Part shown: one piece after another, positions 37,368 through 55,288 of the stretch
Layout of the letters: each line of letters opens with the position of its first letter
Position numbering within the stretch: the stretch's first letter is position 1
Source of the DNA: the human T2T-CHM13v2.0 reference genome, Homo sapiens
Length of the DNA: 64,000 nucleotides
NCBI RefSeq assembly: GCF_009914755.1
Contig: NC_060935.1
Strand: one strand, 5' to 3'
Notes under the pieces: model-generated
What the model was told of the DNA's origin: nothing
Seen by the model: the letters and a program-made list of their open reading frames with translations, nothing else
The model's database searches: none
Position numbers and translations under genes: made by a program

Positions 37368-38870
37368 CTAGATCATAACAGAGTAAATCACAAACATGTT
37401 GCCTATTCCAGTTATGTAAATATAAAACAAGGGGCTACAATTAAGAAATGCTTTATGTTATAAAACTTGCAAATTTAACAATGTCTCACAAAAGTAAATC
37501 ATATTTTTCCAATTATTAACGTTAAAATTGCACAATGTACTCTTAAAAAAAAAACTCATATTGACCCGAAGCAAAATTATATTACCTGCTGCCAAAATGT
37601 TTCACATCACTGAAAAAGTCTTTCAGACTGTACAGGAAAAATTCTAATACCCTATGGGTATTACACTTCAGTAAACTAGTTAAAAACAAAAATATCTCCT
37701 TGACAAGGCTTGAAATATTTATTACATTGCAAATCACTCTTGTGCACCTTGCTGCAAGACATCCAGGAGGCTCTGTGAAATGGGATCTGAAGTGGGTGGC
37801 CCCTGAAGATCCATTTTTATTAAGAGTCAACTCATGAAGGTTTGCTGAGCATGGTCCTGGTATCAAGAAGGAGACTACAGGTTTCTTTTTTAATGGTTCC
37901 TGCTCACAAGGCTCTTATTATACAGCTATGTATATGTTCTTTAAGCCCATTTATTTAATAATCTACTCAGCACATATTTACTGAGCACCTTCAATGTGCC
38001 ATATATTATCGTAGAAACTGAGAATACAGTTATTAACAAAACAGACAAAAAGCTGCTCTCATGGAATCTATAATCAATTGATGATATGGGAGAGGGAACA
38101 GCAAATAAGACTCCAATGTAAGAGGCTGGAGCAATTAGAGGAATCAACAAAAGACACTGAAAATATGCAGCCAGTGAGGCAGGAAGATAACAAGAGTCTG
38201 GTATCCTGAAATCCAATAAAAAACATGTTTCAAAGAAGGTCAAGTGAGATGTAAGATAGAAAACTGACAGTGGATTTAGCAATGGCAGTCACTGGTGATC
38301 TTGACAAGTGCAGCTTCACTAGAATGATGGGATCAGGAGCCTGAGTGGATAGATTTAATAGAAAATGGAGAGAGAAGAATGAGTCAGCAAATACAGAAAA
38401 CTCTTTGAAGCGATTCTGCTCTAGAAGAGGAACAGAGAGCAGTAGCTAAAGGAAAATGGGATCGAGAGTTTTGTTTGTTTCTTAAGCTGAAAGAAATAAC
38501 AGCATGTTTGTTATGATTCAGTAGAGGAAAAATACAAGAATAACAATATTTTAAAAGATGAGACAGTATGTAATCGTGCCCTAGGTGATAAGTAGCATAC
38601 CAAAGGTGCTAAGCCATTCACAGAAGAGAAATGAGAGTCAGAGTGGGAACACTGAACAGGCACTATGTGTCAGACAGTATTCTAAGGATTTTACATGGAT
38701 TAATTCTTCTAATCCTTACAACAACCTTGAAGGAGGGCCTATTATCATCACCATTTTATCCTCAGATGAGGATACTGAGGGATAGGTGGGTTTAGATAAC
38801 TCAATGATGGGTACACAGCTAATAAGGGTTTTGATTTTGAACACGGGTGTCTGGTCAGAGCCACCATGAC

Positions 38871-38888
38871 TCACACACACTCTTTCTC

Positions 38889-38952
<64 letters not shown>
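38871..38952. repeat. Compound (CT)n(CA)n microsatellite
   Basis: Read directly. Confidence 0.95.
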
Positions 38953-38954
<2 letters not shown>

Positions 38955-40438
38955 CACACAGACTTTGCTGCTCAGGAGTCATGATGTCACTCCAGGTGGG
39001 GATGGTTATGTTTTATTTCTGGTATGTACCTGAGAAATCTATTTATGCTATAAATTAGCAAACCCAACACATCCAGAGTCATAGAGTGAATGGTTTTAGA
39101 GGGTGAACTGCCTGTCCTACCTCTGGAAGTACTTGGTATTAAATAATATTAGTTACACATTGACACCATAAGGCTTTAAGAGAACCATGTTAACCAAAAG
39201 CACTAAAATAAGGGAATGAGTTTTTTTTTTTTTTTTAAATAACATTGTTTTGTTCTTCTGCTTAGGGAGAATCTGGGAAATAGAGAAAGTGATCCCCTGT
39301 AATATAACTACCTTGACATAACTGTTGATAATATATCTGGGATATTTTCTTTATTTACATAAACATACACAATTACATATAAAATAAAAATAATTGAGAT
39401 TATACTACGCAGTTTTTTATCTTTGAAATTCTTTTCCCAATTAACATTAGATTAGAAATATCTTCTCATGTTCTTCTTCCAAAATGTCATTTTTAAGCTG
39501 TGTAAAATTTTATATGGTATATGTACCAACATTTATTGTATCAAAACATTTCCAATTATTCCCCACTATGAACAACACTAAGATGAATCACTCCATACAC
39601 AAATCTCTACCTCACTATTTTCATAGGGAAATTTCCCAGGCTGAGTTAAAGGGTAAATCTTAAGCCTCTTAATATACTCTGCCAAACTGCTTTTCAGTAA
39701 AGCTATTCAAACGTAATACTACTACCAGCAGTGTGCTAGATACTATTTTTCTCAAATTGCTGCCAATTTGACAAACAAAAGATGTATTTGAGTTTCTTTG
39801 ATTATCCTAGGCTAAACACCATTTTCATATGCTTATTAGCTATTTATATTTCTTTTATGAACCACCTATTCATGTCCTTTGTTCATTATTCTATCAAATG
39901 TTTAATTATTTTTAAGATTTCTAAGAGCTCATTAATATTAAGAATATTAAACTTTTTTCTGCCCACATACAAATATTTTCATGTCAATATCTTTTAATTT
40001 TGTTTTTTGACAATGTGATATGCAAACATTTATAATTTCTATGTAGTCAAGTCTAGACAGCTTTTCCTGTAATTTTTCCACTGCTTCTTGCTTAGCAGAA
40101 ATTTTCTAAATGAAATTCAAGATCTCAATCAAAACTTACTAAAAAAATTAAAATGAACAAAAATTACCATCCTACAAGGTTCACTTTAAAGCCCTTTCAA
40201 AGGATCTTTAAGAGAAGATACTATCCATGGGGAACAAAACACTTTAGTACCAACCATATGCAAGACTCTGTTCTAGGCATTTTCTACATTTTCTAATTTA
40301 ACCTTCATTTTATCATTTCAATTTTATAGATGAGAAAAACTAAACAAATCAGAGAGGTTAAATAGTGATTTACCAGAAAAAAATCTCAGAGCTACTCTTA
40401 AAGACAGACTATTTAAATAGACCTAGACACTCAAATTA

Positions 40439-40657
<219 letters not shown>

Positions 40658-40889
40658 TTATTCCTTACAAAATAATTATAGATGAGCAAGGAAAATTACC
40701 AAATATGTTACCAGAGAAAAAATATAGTGAACAGCTGTAGTTAAGCCTACTAATATCAGGAACCAGAAAAAGCAAAGTCAAAACCAGAAATGGGGGAGGA
40801 GTACAGGACACGTGAAATGTAGAGGCCTGATGGCTAGGATATGGAGTCCAAAAATGGCAGCTATGATTAATAGAGATGAAATTAACCAG

Positions 40890-41372
40890 TGTCGTAGGCA
40901 AAATAAGAGCCCCCTAAAGATGTCCACGTCTTAAACTCTGGGACCTGTGAATACATGGCAAAGAGGAACAAAGGTTGCTAATCAGCTGTCTGTAAAATAG
41001 GGAGAGTATCAGAGACTATCCAGGTGGGCCCAGTGTAATCATAAGGGTCCTGAAAAGCAGAAGAGGGAGGCAGATGGGAGCTGGAAGGAAAAATAACTCT
41101 GGGGAAATGGTTAGAGAGATACAACATTGCAGGATTTGAAGATAAAAGGAGAGCAAGAGCCAAGGAACATAGTAGGCACCTCTAGAAGCTGGAAAAGGTA
41201 AGGAAATGGATTCTCCCTTAGAGCCTCCAAAAAGGAAGACAGCCATGCCAAAACCTTGATTCCAGTCCTGTGTACGATTTCTGACCTACACGACTGTAAG
41301 ATAATAAATTTGTGTTGTTTTAAACCACTAAGTTTGTGGAAATTTGTTTCAGCACCCATAGGAAACTAATAC
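40890..41372 (+). mobile_element. MLT1 (MLT1D-like) MaLR solo LTR
   Basis: AAAGATGTCCACGTC...GGGCCCAGTGTAATCATAAGGGTCC...AATAAATTTGTGTTGTTTTAAACCACTAAG...GGAAACTAATACA. Confidence 0.85.
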
Positions 41373-41972
41373 AACCGGAGGATCTTAGAGTGGCATATAC
41401 TTATGACGTAAGTTTCAGTGGCTTCACCATCATTTGGCTGTCTTTGTTTGTAGAATAATTCTGAAATTACATCCAAATGTGAGAAAACTAAATCTGGATT
41501 GAGATCTTTGTAACAGAGATAAAAATAAAGTAAGAAAATAACAACAACAATAACAGTTATGTTAATAATGGTATTCACAATTAACATTAATTAAACACTA
41601 ATTTTCTTTGATGTGCAGCAACTACAAATGAATGTAAATGTCACCCTAGTTACTTCTAAGTTTCACTTAAGAATGTCCCTGATTTAAGTTAAAATTATTC
41701 AGTTTAATAATTGCAACAGAGATACAAAGAAAGAGAATAACATCAACAATAACAGCTATATTAATAACAGTACTAATAACTAACATTAATTAAACACTAA
41801 TTTTCCCTGCTGTGCAGCAACTGCAAATGAATGTAATTAATTGTCACCCTACTTACTTCATAGAAACATTTTGAGGATTCATTTTGTTTAAACTATCAAC
41901 TAAACATATCCTAAATTAAAATCTGTTACTATAAGGTAGCCATTATTCAAAATGTGAACTGTAAGAAATTAC

Positions 41973-42073
41973 CTTCTCTGCGGTTTGAAAGTACTGTTTT
42001 ACAAGATCTTCTACCCTTAAAGTTGTTCCTTCTGAAGGCTTTGTGATAAGTTTCCCAAAGTTGATCTCTTCTC
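41973..42073 (-). CDS. MRE11: MRE11 exon 12 (101 nt): [33 protein letters not shown]
   Basis: TAG|GAG acceptor, AAG|GTAATT donor. Confidence 0.97.
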
Positions 42074-42299
42074 CTAGAAAAAAAGAAGTATATCAAAAAA
42101 TAGCTTCTATCATAATGTTAAAATGTGCATACTCATTGCAAGTTGTCAGTGGAGAAGGTAAGGCCAAACTTTAGCAACTGCCAGCTTGCTCAACATGGTA
42201 AATTTTGAGGCAAAACAAGCCATTTTTGTTAATAGCCACGGTCTTTTCCCCACAGTCAGTATTTCTCGTTCATACCTCCAGGATAGGTGTCTTGTAGCT

Positions 42300-44979
<2,680 letters not shown>

Positions 44980-45149
44980 GATTGCTATCTAATTTTTAGA
45001 AGACAAGAGAATTATTCCCACTGTCAATTTGTTTAAGACATTACAATCATATTAAAACATCTTCCATTATTATGTTACAGTTTTTAATAAAGATTCCTTC
45101 ACAAATCCTATAAGAACATTTTTTTACCTCATAAAAATAACTAGCTTAC

Positions 45150-45276
45150 CTGTTTTTTCCTTTTGTTCTCTATGCCTGAAAAAATGGATAATGTCTTTTG
45201 GATTAGCTACCCGATCCACAAATTTCTGGCTAAAGCGAAGAACACTGAAAGGTTCAAAACCTCCACTATAGTCCAC
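45150..45276 (-). CDS. MRE11: MRE11 exon 11 (127 nt): [42 protein letters not shown](G)
   Basis: CAG|GTG acceptor, CAG|GTAAGC donor. Confidence 0.97.
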
Positions 45277-46390
45277 CTGAAAACACAGAATAATCTATGA
45301 ACGCTAGGAAACAACAATTTGCCAATTTTTAAAACACACACTAATCCTTCAGTATTCACAGTGTTTATGCTTGATACTTTGAAATTTATGAATTAATTTT
45401 CTACAGTAGATCATGATGGAGCTATATCATTTATCCTACTGAGAAACTAATGTTTGAAAAGTTTATAAGCATAAGCAAAATACTTTGTTCGATGGAATCA
45501 AGGTATTGCAATAATTTCCACAATGCAGAATGATTACATCTCCCCCTGATAACACTAATAGTCTAGGTACCTACCAAGCAAACCATCTGAAAACAATTTT
45601 CTGAACTTTCAAAACAAACAAACAAACAAACACACACCAAAATAAAATACTAGCCTTAAATGCATTAGTAAATTGGTCTATCATCTTAGAGATGTGCCTC
45701 AAGAGAAAGATGAATGCTAGGAACATCCAGGTAATAAAGAATCAAATCTGTGAGCCTTGAGAAATGATTACCTCCAAAACATGGTATCTCACTGAAACTG
45801 AGAACTTCTCTCAAGGTAGACTCTTTCTACAGAAGTCTGTAGTGGTAAACAGACCTTTACAAAGACAAATACCACCTTTCTTTCTCAGAGATATGTTCTT
45901 CTCAACTAGCTGTTCCCAAAGTACGCTATGGGGACCAGCACTGCACCACCTCACAGCTTATCCAGAATGCTCCCTAACTAAAGTGCTCCCACTTTCACTC
46001 ATCATCACTATCTGCTAAGGTTTTTTGTTCATTTATTTGATATTTGTGTATCATGTCTCTCTTTGCACCTCCACCTCCTGTAAGCTCGACGAATTCAAAA
46101 CCTCATCTGTTTTATCATCCCTATATCCTGCAGCATCCACAATAGCAGGTACTCAGTAAGATTTAGTCAATGAATTAATGAATGTCTTTTAGTCACTACA
46201 ATGTAGTTTTGTAATATTACTTATATGACAATATGTGCTGTTTTATGAATGAATTCGTAATTTACTGTGCTTAGGAAAAGAAATGCCAATTTTCTATTAA
46301 AGTCTGGTTAGTTTTAATGCTGTGAGGCAGACACAGATGAGAAAATTGGGATCTTTTGCCATAATGAAGAGAACTATGTGATTCCCTTAA

Positions 46391-46823
<433 letters not shown>

Positions 46824-47531
46824 TAAATGTTTGGTCATAACAAATTTTATTGGATGTCCTCAATGTTCTAAGTATGCTGTTCAGGGCCAGGGATACAACC
46901 ATAAATAAATACAATCTTGGCTGTCAAGAAATTCACAAACTGACTGGGAAGACAAACATGTAAACAGATCACTGGAAGCAGACTGTGAGTGGTGCTATAA
47001 GAGGTATGTACAAAGTTGGATGAGGACACAAAGGAAGAAGCATGTTCTCTGTGGGCAGGTCAAGAAAGGCTTCTTTGAAGACAGAGGCTTTAGGTGGGTG
47101 CTGAAGAAGGTATAGAGAAAGGAGGAGAGAAGTATGTCCCACACAACAGGATCAACATGGACAAAGGTTCCAGTGAAATAAACTCCACTGCACCCAGGGG
47201 ACGGCAGCTTTTTTGGTTTAGACCACATCATGTAGACCCCTGAATGCTAACCTAAAAAAGTTTAGACTTTTTCCTGTTAGTGCTGGGGAATAATTAAGTT
47301 ATTTTTAGCAGAAAAGACATGCAAAACTGTGTTTTACAAAGATCATTTTGGCATTAGTGTGGAGAGAGAAGGAAACTGGAGGCAGAGTCCTGGTAGGAGG
47401 CTGCAGCAATAGGCCAGGAAGTATTAATAAGGGCTTCACTATGCCAGCGACAGTGGGATAAAGAAACGGGAACAGATTACCTACTGTGCAACAGACACTA
47501 TTTAATCCATTTAGATCTCATAAATCTACGA

Positions 47532-47617
47532 AGCATTTGGTTGGTGCACAAGTAACTGCAGTTTTTGCCATTACTTTCTACGACAAAACCCGCAAATACT
47601 TTTGCACCAACCTAATA
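47532..47617 (-). ncRNA. MIR548L: microRNA hairpin mir-548l, MADE1 MITE-derived; mature AAAAGUAUUUGCGGGUUUUGUC at 47582-47603
   Basis: Palindromic MADE1 (GGTTGGTGCA...TGCACCAACC); minus-strand sequence matches my recollection of hsa-mir-548l, sense-oriented in MRE11 intron 10. Confidence 0.88.
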
Positions 47618-48828
47618 CAAACCAAGGGATAAGGGATGCGGTTGCTCAAGGTCATACAACTAGTGGTTGGGCCAGAATGAAGCTCAGGAAGTCTGGCTCT
47701 ACACTGTACTCTTTACCTCCACAGTCTACATCCCAGTACTTCTCAAATTTTCATGAACATATACATTTCTTGGAGATTTTTGTTAAAATACAGTGGGTTC
47801 TGATGCAGGGTCTGAGGCTCTGCATTTTTAACAATTTCCCAGGCAACAACAACACTGCTGGTTTAAAGACTACACTCCTCAGTACCAGGCCTCAGGGGAC
47901 TCCTGGAGATACAGAACAAGAAGGAGGTCTACGTAAAGATTTTGAAGTCATCACTCTATTGGTGGTCATTAAAGCTGTATGCCTACACTGAAAAGAGGGC
48001 TAACTATGAGACGGGACGGATACAAATAACTCAGAGAATGCCCAAGAGTAATTCAGCAAGATGAGACACGATCTATTGGATTGAACAATTAAAGGTCATC
48101 TTTTCCACTGGTTATGGTGAAGTCAGAGCCTTGGTTATAGTGAACTGAAGAAGAGAAAGTTAAGAGAGATATAGGTTATATACTTTTAGGGGCTTTTAAA
48201 GAGAGTAAGCAACATGGGGTAGGAGTTTGGAAAAGGGAAAAGCATAGTGGTAAAGAAGAAGTCTGTTGTTGTTTCTTTGTTTATAACACGATAGAAAGGA
48301 TAAGCAGATTTATAGGCACAGGAAACAATCCTAATAATAACCAAAACAAATAAACCGTACATAGATTAGAAGGATGTGTTACGGGGAAAAAAATAAGAAG
48401 AAAAGAGGAAGCAGAAGAAGGTAAGTGAAATCAGGGCACTGGAGAGAAGGTAGGGGCTGCAATCTTGATGATAGGGCTGCAGTGAGGTGACACGGGAGCA
48501 GACTAAAGGGAGATAAGAGCACATCCCACATGCCCAAGAAACTGCGAGAAGGCCAAGATGGCTGGAATGAAGTGAGTAGAGGAGGTAGTTAAAGATGAAG
48601 CCAGAGAGCTCAGCCAATCTATTAAATATAACAACAAATTATTTAGAAAATGAGAAAAATAAGTTACCAAACCTATCACTTAAACTGTGATTAACTCAAA
48701 TCCTTATATCTTTGTTTTTGCCTCCGATGGTGATTGCTCTTCTTATTACTATGAGCACTCTCCTCACTACTTTTCAAAGAAACCATGTAAACTGTACATT
48801 ACTATGCTTTGAAAATTAATAATATTCA

Positions 48829-48975
<147 letters not shown>

Positions 48976-49704
48976 TTAACTTGGCTGAATAGCAGCTTAT
49001 TACCACAGGAATTTTCCTGAACTACATAATCATCTTTATTTCCTAGGTCATTTATGACACCTTTTCAAATATACCTTCTTGTAATGCTCCTTTAATACTA
49101 TTCCTTAATGTTTTCCTTTCATGAAAGTTCTTCATAATTTTTCAATCTCTAAAATAATTCTTTTAGAATAAAACTTAAAATATTACTACTCATGTTTCAA
49201 TAAGGCTTTCCTCAGCTTACCAACTTAAAACCAAGTAAGTCTAGTTTTTGCAGTCATATGATCCATGGGAGACTCACCAGAAGATTTAGGGATCAATAAG
49301 CAAGGACTTTAGATTATTTATCTTGGAAGAGTTCAAGGTAAAAGAAAATAAGACTGATGTTTTCAAATATGTGGAGTTGTCTCATACTCTGAGAGGATAA
49401 GATTATAACATCTTAGACTTGAAAGAGTTCTGAAGACAAAAGCACTTGTTCTATATTGTTCTTAAGGGTAAAACCAAGTTACAAGGAGACAGCACTAGAT
49501 TATTTTCATAAATGGCTGTGTGCACAGTGATTAGATATCTCCAGATGGCCAACTTCATAGCTGAACAATTCTAGTTCTTAGAAAGTTCTTGTATTGGAAC
49601 AAAAACTGCCTTCCTATAACTTGGTCCTGATCTCAAGAACAATACAGAACAAGTGTTTTTGTCCTCAGATTTCTTTCACATCTAAGACTTTATAATCTTG
49701 TCCT

Positions 49705-49912
49705 TTAAACTGTCTGTAACAATGAAGTCCAAAAGAGTTTTCTGCAATAATTTTTTCTATGTGCATATTCAATATGGTTGCCAAAACCATATGTGGATAT
49801 AGAGTACTTGAAATGTGGCTAGTACAAGTGAGAAACTGAATTTTAAATTTAAATGTAAATAATTAAATGTAAACAGCCACATGTGCTAGTGAATACATAT
49901 CAGACAGCACAG
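49705..49912. mobile_element. MER3-like hAT MITE
   Basis: GAGTACTTGAAATGTGGCTAGT...GAAACTGAATTTTAAATTT...CAGCCACATGTG. Confidence 0.7.
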
Positions 49913-50261
49913 AGAAAATCTATAAGAATATGATCTCCTAGGTCAATTATTTCAATCCAACAAGCATTTATAGAGCATCATTTTGCCAGGTACTAGGTCA
50001 AGTGCTGAGACAGAAAAGTAAGATATGGGTCCTGTCCTCAAAGAGTTCAGAAGACACTCACATGCTTATAAAAAATAATATAACTTAACTAAGTACAATA
50101 ACAGAAATGTACATAAAATACAGAGATAACAGAAAGTTATGTGCACACCTGGTGTTTAAAATGAACCTCTATTACTTTGTGTCACCAGCGTCTACTTTCC
50201 TCTCTGGATTCATGTCACCAAAGCCCACAGGATTTAGGTGAAGTTCATACAGTAGACCTCA

Positions 50262-50470
50262 ACCAGAGGTGACTTTGCTTCTCTAAGGACATTTGGCAAG
50301 GTCTGTAAACATTTTTGATCATCACGACCAGTTAGAAGGGGTACTACTGGCATCTAGTGGGTACAAACCAGGGAGAATACTGCTAAACATCCCAGAGTGC
50401 ACAGAACTGCCTCCCACAACAAAGAATTATTAGTACAAAATGTCAACTAAGCCAAAGTTGAAAAACCCAG
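50262..50470. mobile_element. MER20
   Basis: GGACATTTGGCAAGGTCTG...CTACTGGCATCTAGTGGGT...CACAACAAAGAATTAT. Confidence 0.8.
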
Positions 50471-51469
50471 GTCTGACTCCAGGGAAGGGCACATGACTCA
50501 GGCCTGGATCAATCAATGCAAAAGCAATTAATGCATTTTCTATCTCTTTGGCTTGAGAGATTGGATTTAGGGATGCCAGAATCTTAATCTATGTTTGAGT
50601 TTCTAGAGTCAATCATCTTGAAACAAGCGTACACTTTTGGTTACGTGAGCTACACACTGCTCAAAAAGCTGTGACACTGAATGAGTCACCTTATCTAAGG
50701 TTCAGTTCCTCTAAACTATAGATGGTAGAAACTACTCACATATAGTATTGTTGGCTAGATTAAATGCTGTCAACAGTGCACATCACATACAGTAAATCAG
50801 TAAGTATCACTGGTCATAATTATTATCATTGTTACTATGTTACCTGATTTTTCATGAAAAGAAAACATAGTAGGACAGCTGACACAGAGTTAAGAACTGA
50901 GCGTCAGCAAGTGATGCTAATTAAGCTGTCAAACCACATATTATTAAATGCATTAATCCACCCAACCTTAGTAGTGGCTGAAATTTTCTAGAGATTTAGG
51001 GGTGGCAATGTGCATAGAGAGGGAGGTTTGGGACTTACATTGCAGCAATAGGGTGGATAGCAAACACATTTTTCACATTTCATTTGGGGTAGCTTTCAGG
51101 GTGAAAGGGACGCCTAATACAGATTATTAGAAGCTAAGGCTTTTCTCACACACGATAGTCTCCCATTCCTCAATCAAAGTTACTGCCTGCTTTCATAAAT
51201 AAAATGAACAAATCATCAAATCAGAATTAAAAAGGAGAAAAGATTATGTATTATGTTTTTGAAAAGGAAGAAAGAAACTAGGAGAGAGATTTAATTTTTT
51301 TTAACATCCAGTATTCCTCTCTCTCAATGACTTAAAAAAAAAAATCTTGGACACAATTAAACACATTCACTGAAGAACAGTGTCCTTACAGGCTTCATGA
51401 GAATGTAATCAACATAAAGGCTTCCCTCTACTCTATTAAATTACTTAATTGAAGGTGAATAATTCTTCA

Positions 51470-51724
<255 letters not shown>

Positions 51725-52610
51725 TCAGGGTGATGTGCATACGAAAGCTTTCATATTTCTTAGTTTCTAAAAATGCTTCTTTATAAAATCATACTCTTAA
51801 AAATAAATGTTTCTGCTAATTTAACCTTAATGTTATCATCACAGGAAAAGATGGTAGACATTTTCCTTCCCCAGAGTAAAATCAACTCATCCATTATTAT
51901 CCCTGTCTGATCAGTCTTGTAAGATAGACATAATAAGCATAAAAAAATGTTAACAGGACTATGATGGTAGCATATGTAGACTATAGTATTACATCTATAT
52001 ACCTATGTATATGTACATACATGTACACATATAGACAAAATGATTTTGCAGTGGACTCATGAAGAAAAAAAACCAACCAACATAGATTCTACTACCATAT
52101 TCTTTAACCCTATTATCATTGTAACAATCAGAACTCAAGTGATTCAAAAGATAAAACCCATAATAAAAATTGAGTTTAATCACTGTTAACTACTTCTTAC
52201 AATCATATCATTCCCCCAAAAATGTTTTAAAAATGAGATCTATTATACTGCACTTATAATCAGAAAATTTTCAATTAAATGGTTTTAGGATAATTTTTTA
52301 TAATGAACTTTGTGAAATTAGTAATCATCAACCTAAAACATCTACCTTGAAATATAATAAAAATGTGCATCTTGAATTTGCCTAATGAGCAGCAAAATAA
52401 CACCAATTGGATGCTCTCTTTTTGAAAATGGCTTAAAATCTGGAAAAACAATAAGACTACACAGAATGATCAATTTTCAAAAATAAAGCTATCATATAAA
52501 TGACAATACTGCCAGTTAGCGGTAACCTTAACATAGGCCTTAAACCTATGAGATGATTAGTTATTATAGCAAAGATTTCTTAAAAATTGGCTCAAAATAT
52601 ATAACACTCA

Positions 52611-52802
<192 letters not shown>

Positions 52803-53608
52803 TCAAGATTTTGAAAAATATAAATTCGGTGATTAGAAAAATTTCATATTATTGAAGTCTATACAGATCTTTCTTTCTCCATTCACTAAAGATTTTATTG
52901 CATCCTTCTATGTACCAGAAAGTGTGCACAGGATTGGGAATGTAAAGATCATCAATGCTAACTCCTGACCTTGAGAGCTTTACAAACTTATTGGACACAG
53001 ACAAGTGGAAACCCGAAAAGAGAAAGCAGTCAATTCTATATTTGGAGGAAGATCATGAAAGGTTTTACATAGGAAGGATTTCCCCTTTGGTCAATCAGAA
53101 AAGCATGAATTCTATCAATAGTAGAAATCTATAAATCAGTCTAACTATATACTAGAGAAAACACACAGAAAATGCAAGTAAGTATAAATATGTCCAGTAA
53201 TTTCTTAACATTATCTTTTTACTAATAAATATAATGGGAGTAAAAACATCAATCTCACATAAGTGCTAAGAGTTTTCAATATCAAATATTAAATAAACAA
53301 GTGATATGCAAACTATGGTATTATACCTATATCAGTTATTATTTAAAGATACATGAAATGCAAGGTGATAGAAGACAAGAAGGAATAGTTTTCCCTAATA
53401 TTAACTTACATCATTGGAGATTCAAGTAAAAGTGTTCACATAGTTTAACCAAGCATTCATTTAATCCAAACCAATATTCTTCCATTCACCCAACAAATAC
53501 TGTTACCCAAACACTGTCTACTTTATGTCAGATGTCCCAGGCTTCTTCTAGATATGGAAGACACAGCAGTGAACAAAGTCCTTGTTCTAGTGTGGGAAAC
53601 AAGCAATG

Positions 53609-53914
53609 CAGGTTGAGTCCCTAATCTGAAAATCCAAAATCCAAAATATTTTAAGTGCCAACATGGCACCACAAGTGGTAAATTCCACACATAAATACTT
53701 AACACAAACTTTGTTTCATGCACAAAATTATTTTAAAACATGTATAAAATTAACTTAAGGCCATGTGTATAAGGTATATATAAAATGTAAACAAATTTCA
53801 TGTTTAGACTTGGGTTCCATCCCCAACATATGTGCAAATATTCCAAAATCCAAAAAATCCAAAATCTTAAACACTTCTGGTCCCAAGCATTTCAGATAAG
53901 GGATACTCAATCTC
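53609..53914. mobile_element. Tigger4 (Zombi/MER46)-type MITE
   Basis: CAGGTTGAGTCCCTAATCTGAAAATCC...TTCAGATAAGGGATACTCAATCT TIRs. Confidence 0.8.
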
Positions 53915-55249
53915 TAATACAAGATGTATATGCATGTGTGTAAGTATGCACATGTATAACTTGTCAGTTAGTGATAGGTGCTGTAAAGAAAAATAAAGGG
54001 AAAAGTGACATAGAAGTGCCATACTCCTCTCTACATACACAGGGTAGTCAGGAAGACCTCTCTGACTAGCATCAAATGAGCAGAGAACTGAGATGAAGCA
54101 TCAGTACGCGGAGAGAGAAAGTCCTAAGCAGTAGAAGAGCAGATGGTGCTAAAGTGGGAATGTGTTCAGTGAATTCAAGGAACAGCAAGGAGAACAGAAG
54201 GGCTAAGCAGAATAAATGCAGGGAAGACAGAATATACAGGCTTGTGTATCCAGGAATGTTTTTATGTAAAAAACATACATCTAAGGTATGAGATTATCAC
54301 AACTACTAAAGAAAAGCAGAATAATTCCCAAATACAACATGATGCCATTGTGCCTTCATTGAGTGCTGGTTCTTTCCCGGAAGAAGAAGGGAGGATGATG
54401 CTGGTAGGCTGACTGTAATTTGTGACCTAGAAGTGATCACAATATCCTTGTTGAAAGATTTTGCATGACCAAGTCATCTCCAAATTCAGATTCTTTCTTC
54501 TTTGAAACAAGAGAAAAAAACAGTTGATGTAGAGAAACAAATGGGAAATAAGGCAAAATGCAGAAGGCTCAAGATTCTCACCCAATCTGTGAAAACCTTC
54601 TTTGTTTTAAATATGAAAGCAGAAGTATCTTGAGAATGCACAGGGTGACAAATGAATCTAACAGCATTACCAAAGAACCACATAACCACAGTGAAGGGGG
54701 TGGGGAGAAAATGAGCTAAGTAAGTTTGAAAAATTAGGTTTCAACTAGATACAGAAAGGCTAAAGACTAAAATAACTTACACAAACATTGTAACCTAGTT
54801 GGGAAAGTTGTTTTGCACAGGGGTATGAGTTAGCAATTTTGAAATTACTTTATAATTTCAAATTATACCAGGATTGGAAATATAATTAAACCAAGATTGA
54901 AAAAATAAGTAAACATATATATTTATAATATGATCCAGGCTTCTGTTAGACAAAGAAGTCACAAGTAAGGAAAGGGAGAAGACAAAAATGGACCTTGTAG
55001 GGCTGGATTAGAATCAGTCTGAACTTATCATTGGTTTTTTAAGCACATATATAGACATGTATGTATGCATGGGTTACTATATACACATATATCTATTCCC
55101 ATAACTCTGTTCATTCAGAGTGCTGAGCAAGCCCTGGTAGCAGTAAGCACACCTAGTACGCATTTGTGGATTTCTGAATACCACTCTCCAATAAAAAGAA
55201 TCAGAGCACCTTGGAGAAATGGTTGATTCCAGGGCTAGGTAGGAAAATA

Positions 55250-55288
55250 TCAGGTTGGTGCAAAAGTAATTGTGATTTTTGCCATTAC
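55250..55288 (+). mobile_element. Half MADE1 (single Hsmar1-type TIR arm)
   Basis: TCAGGTTGGTGCAAAAGTAATTGTGATTTTTGCCATTAC; second arm absent. Confidence 0.85.
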
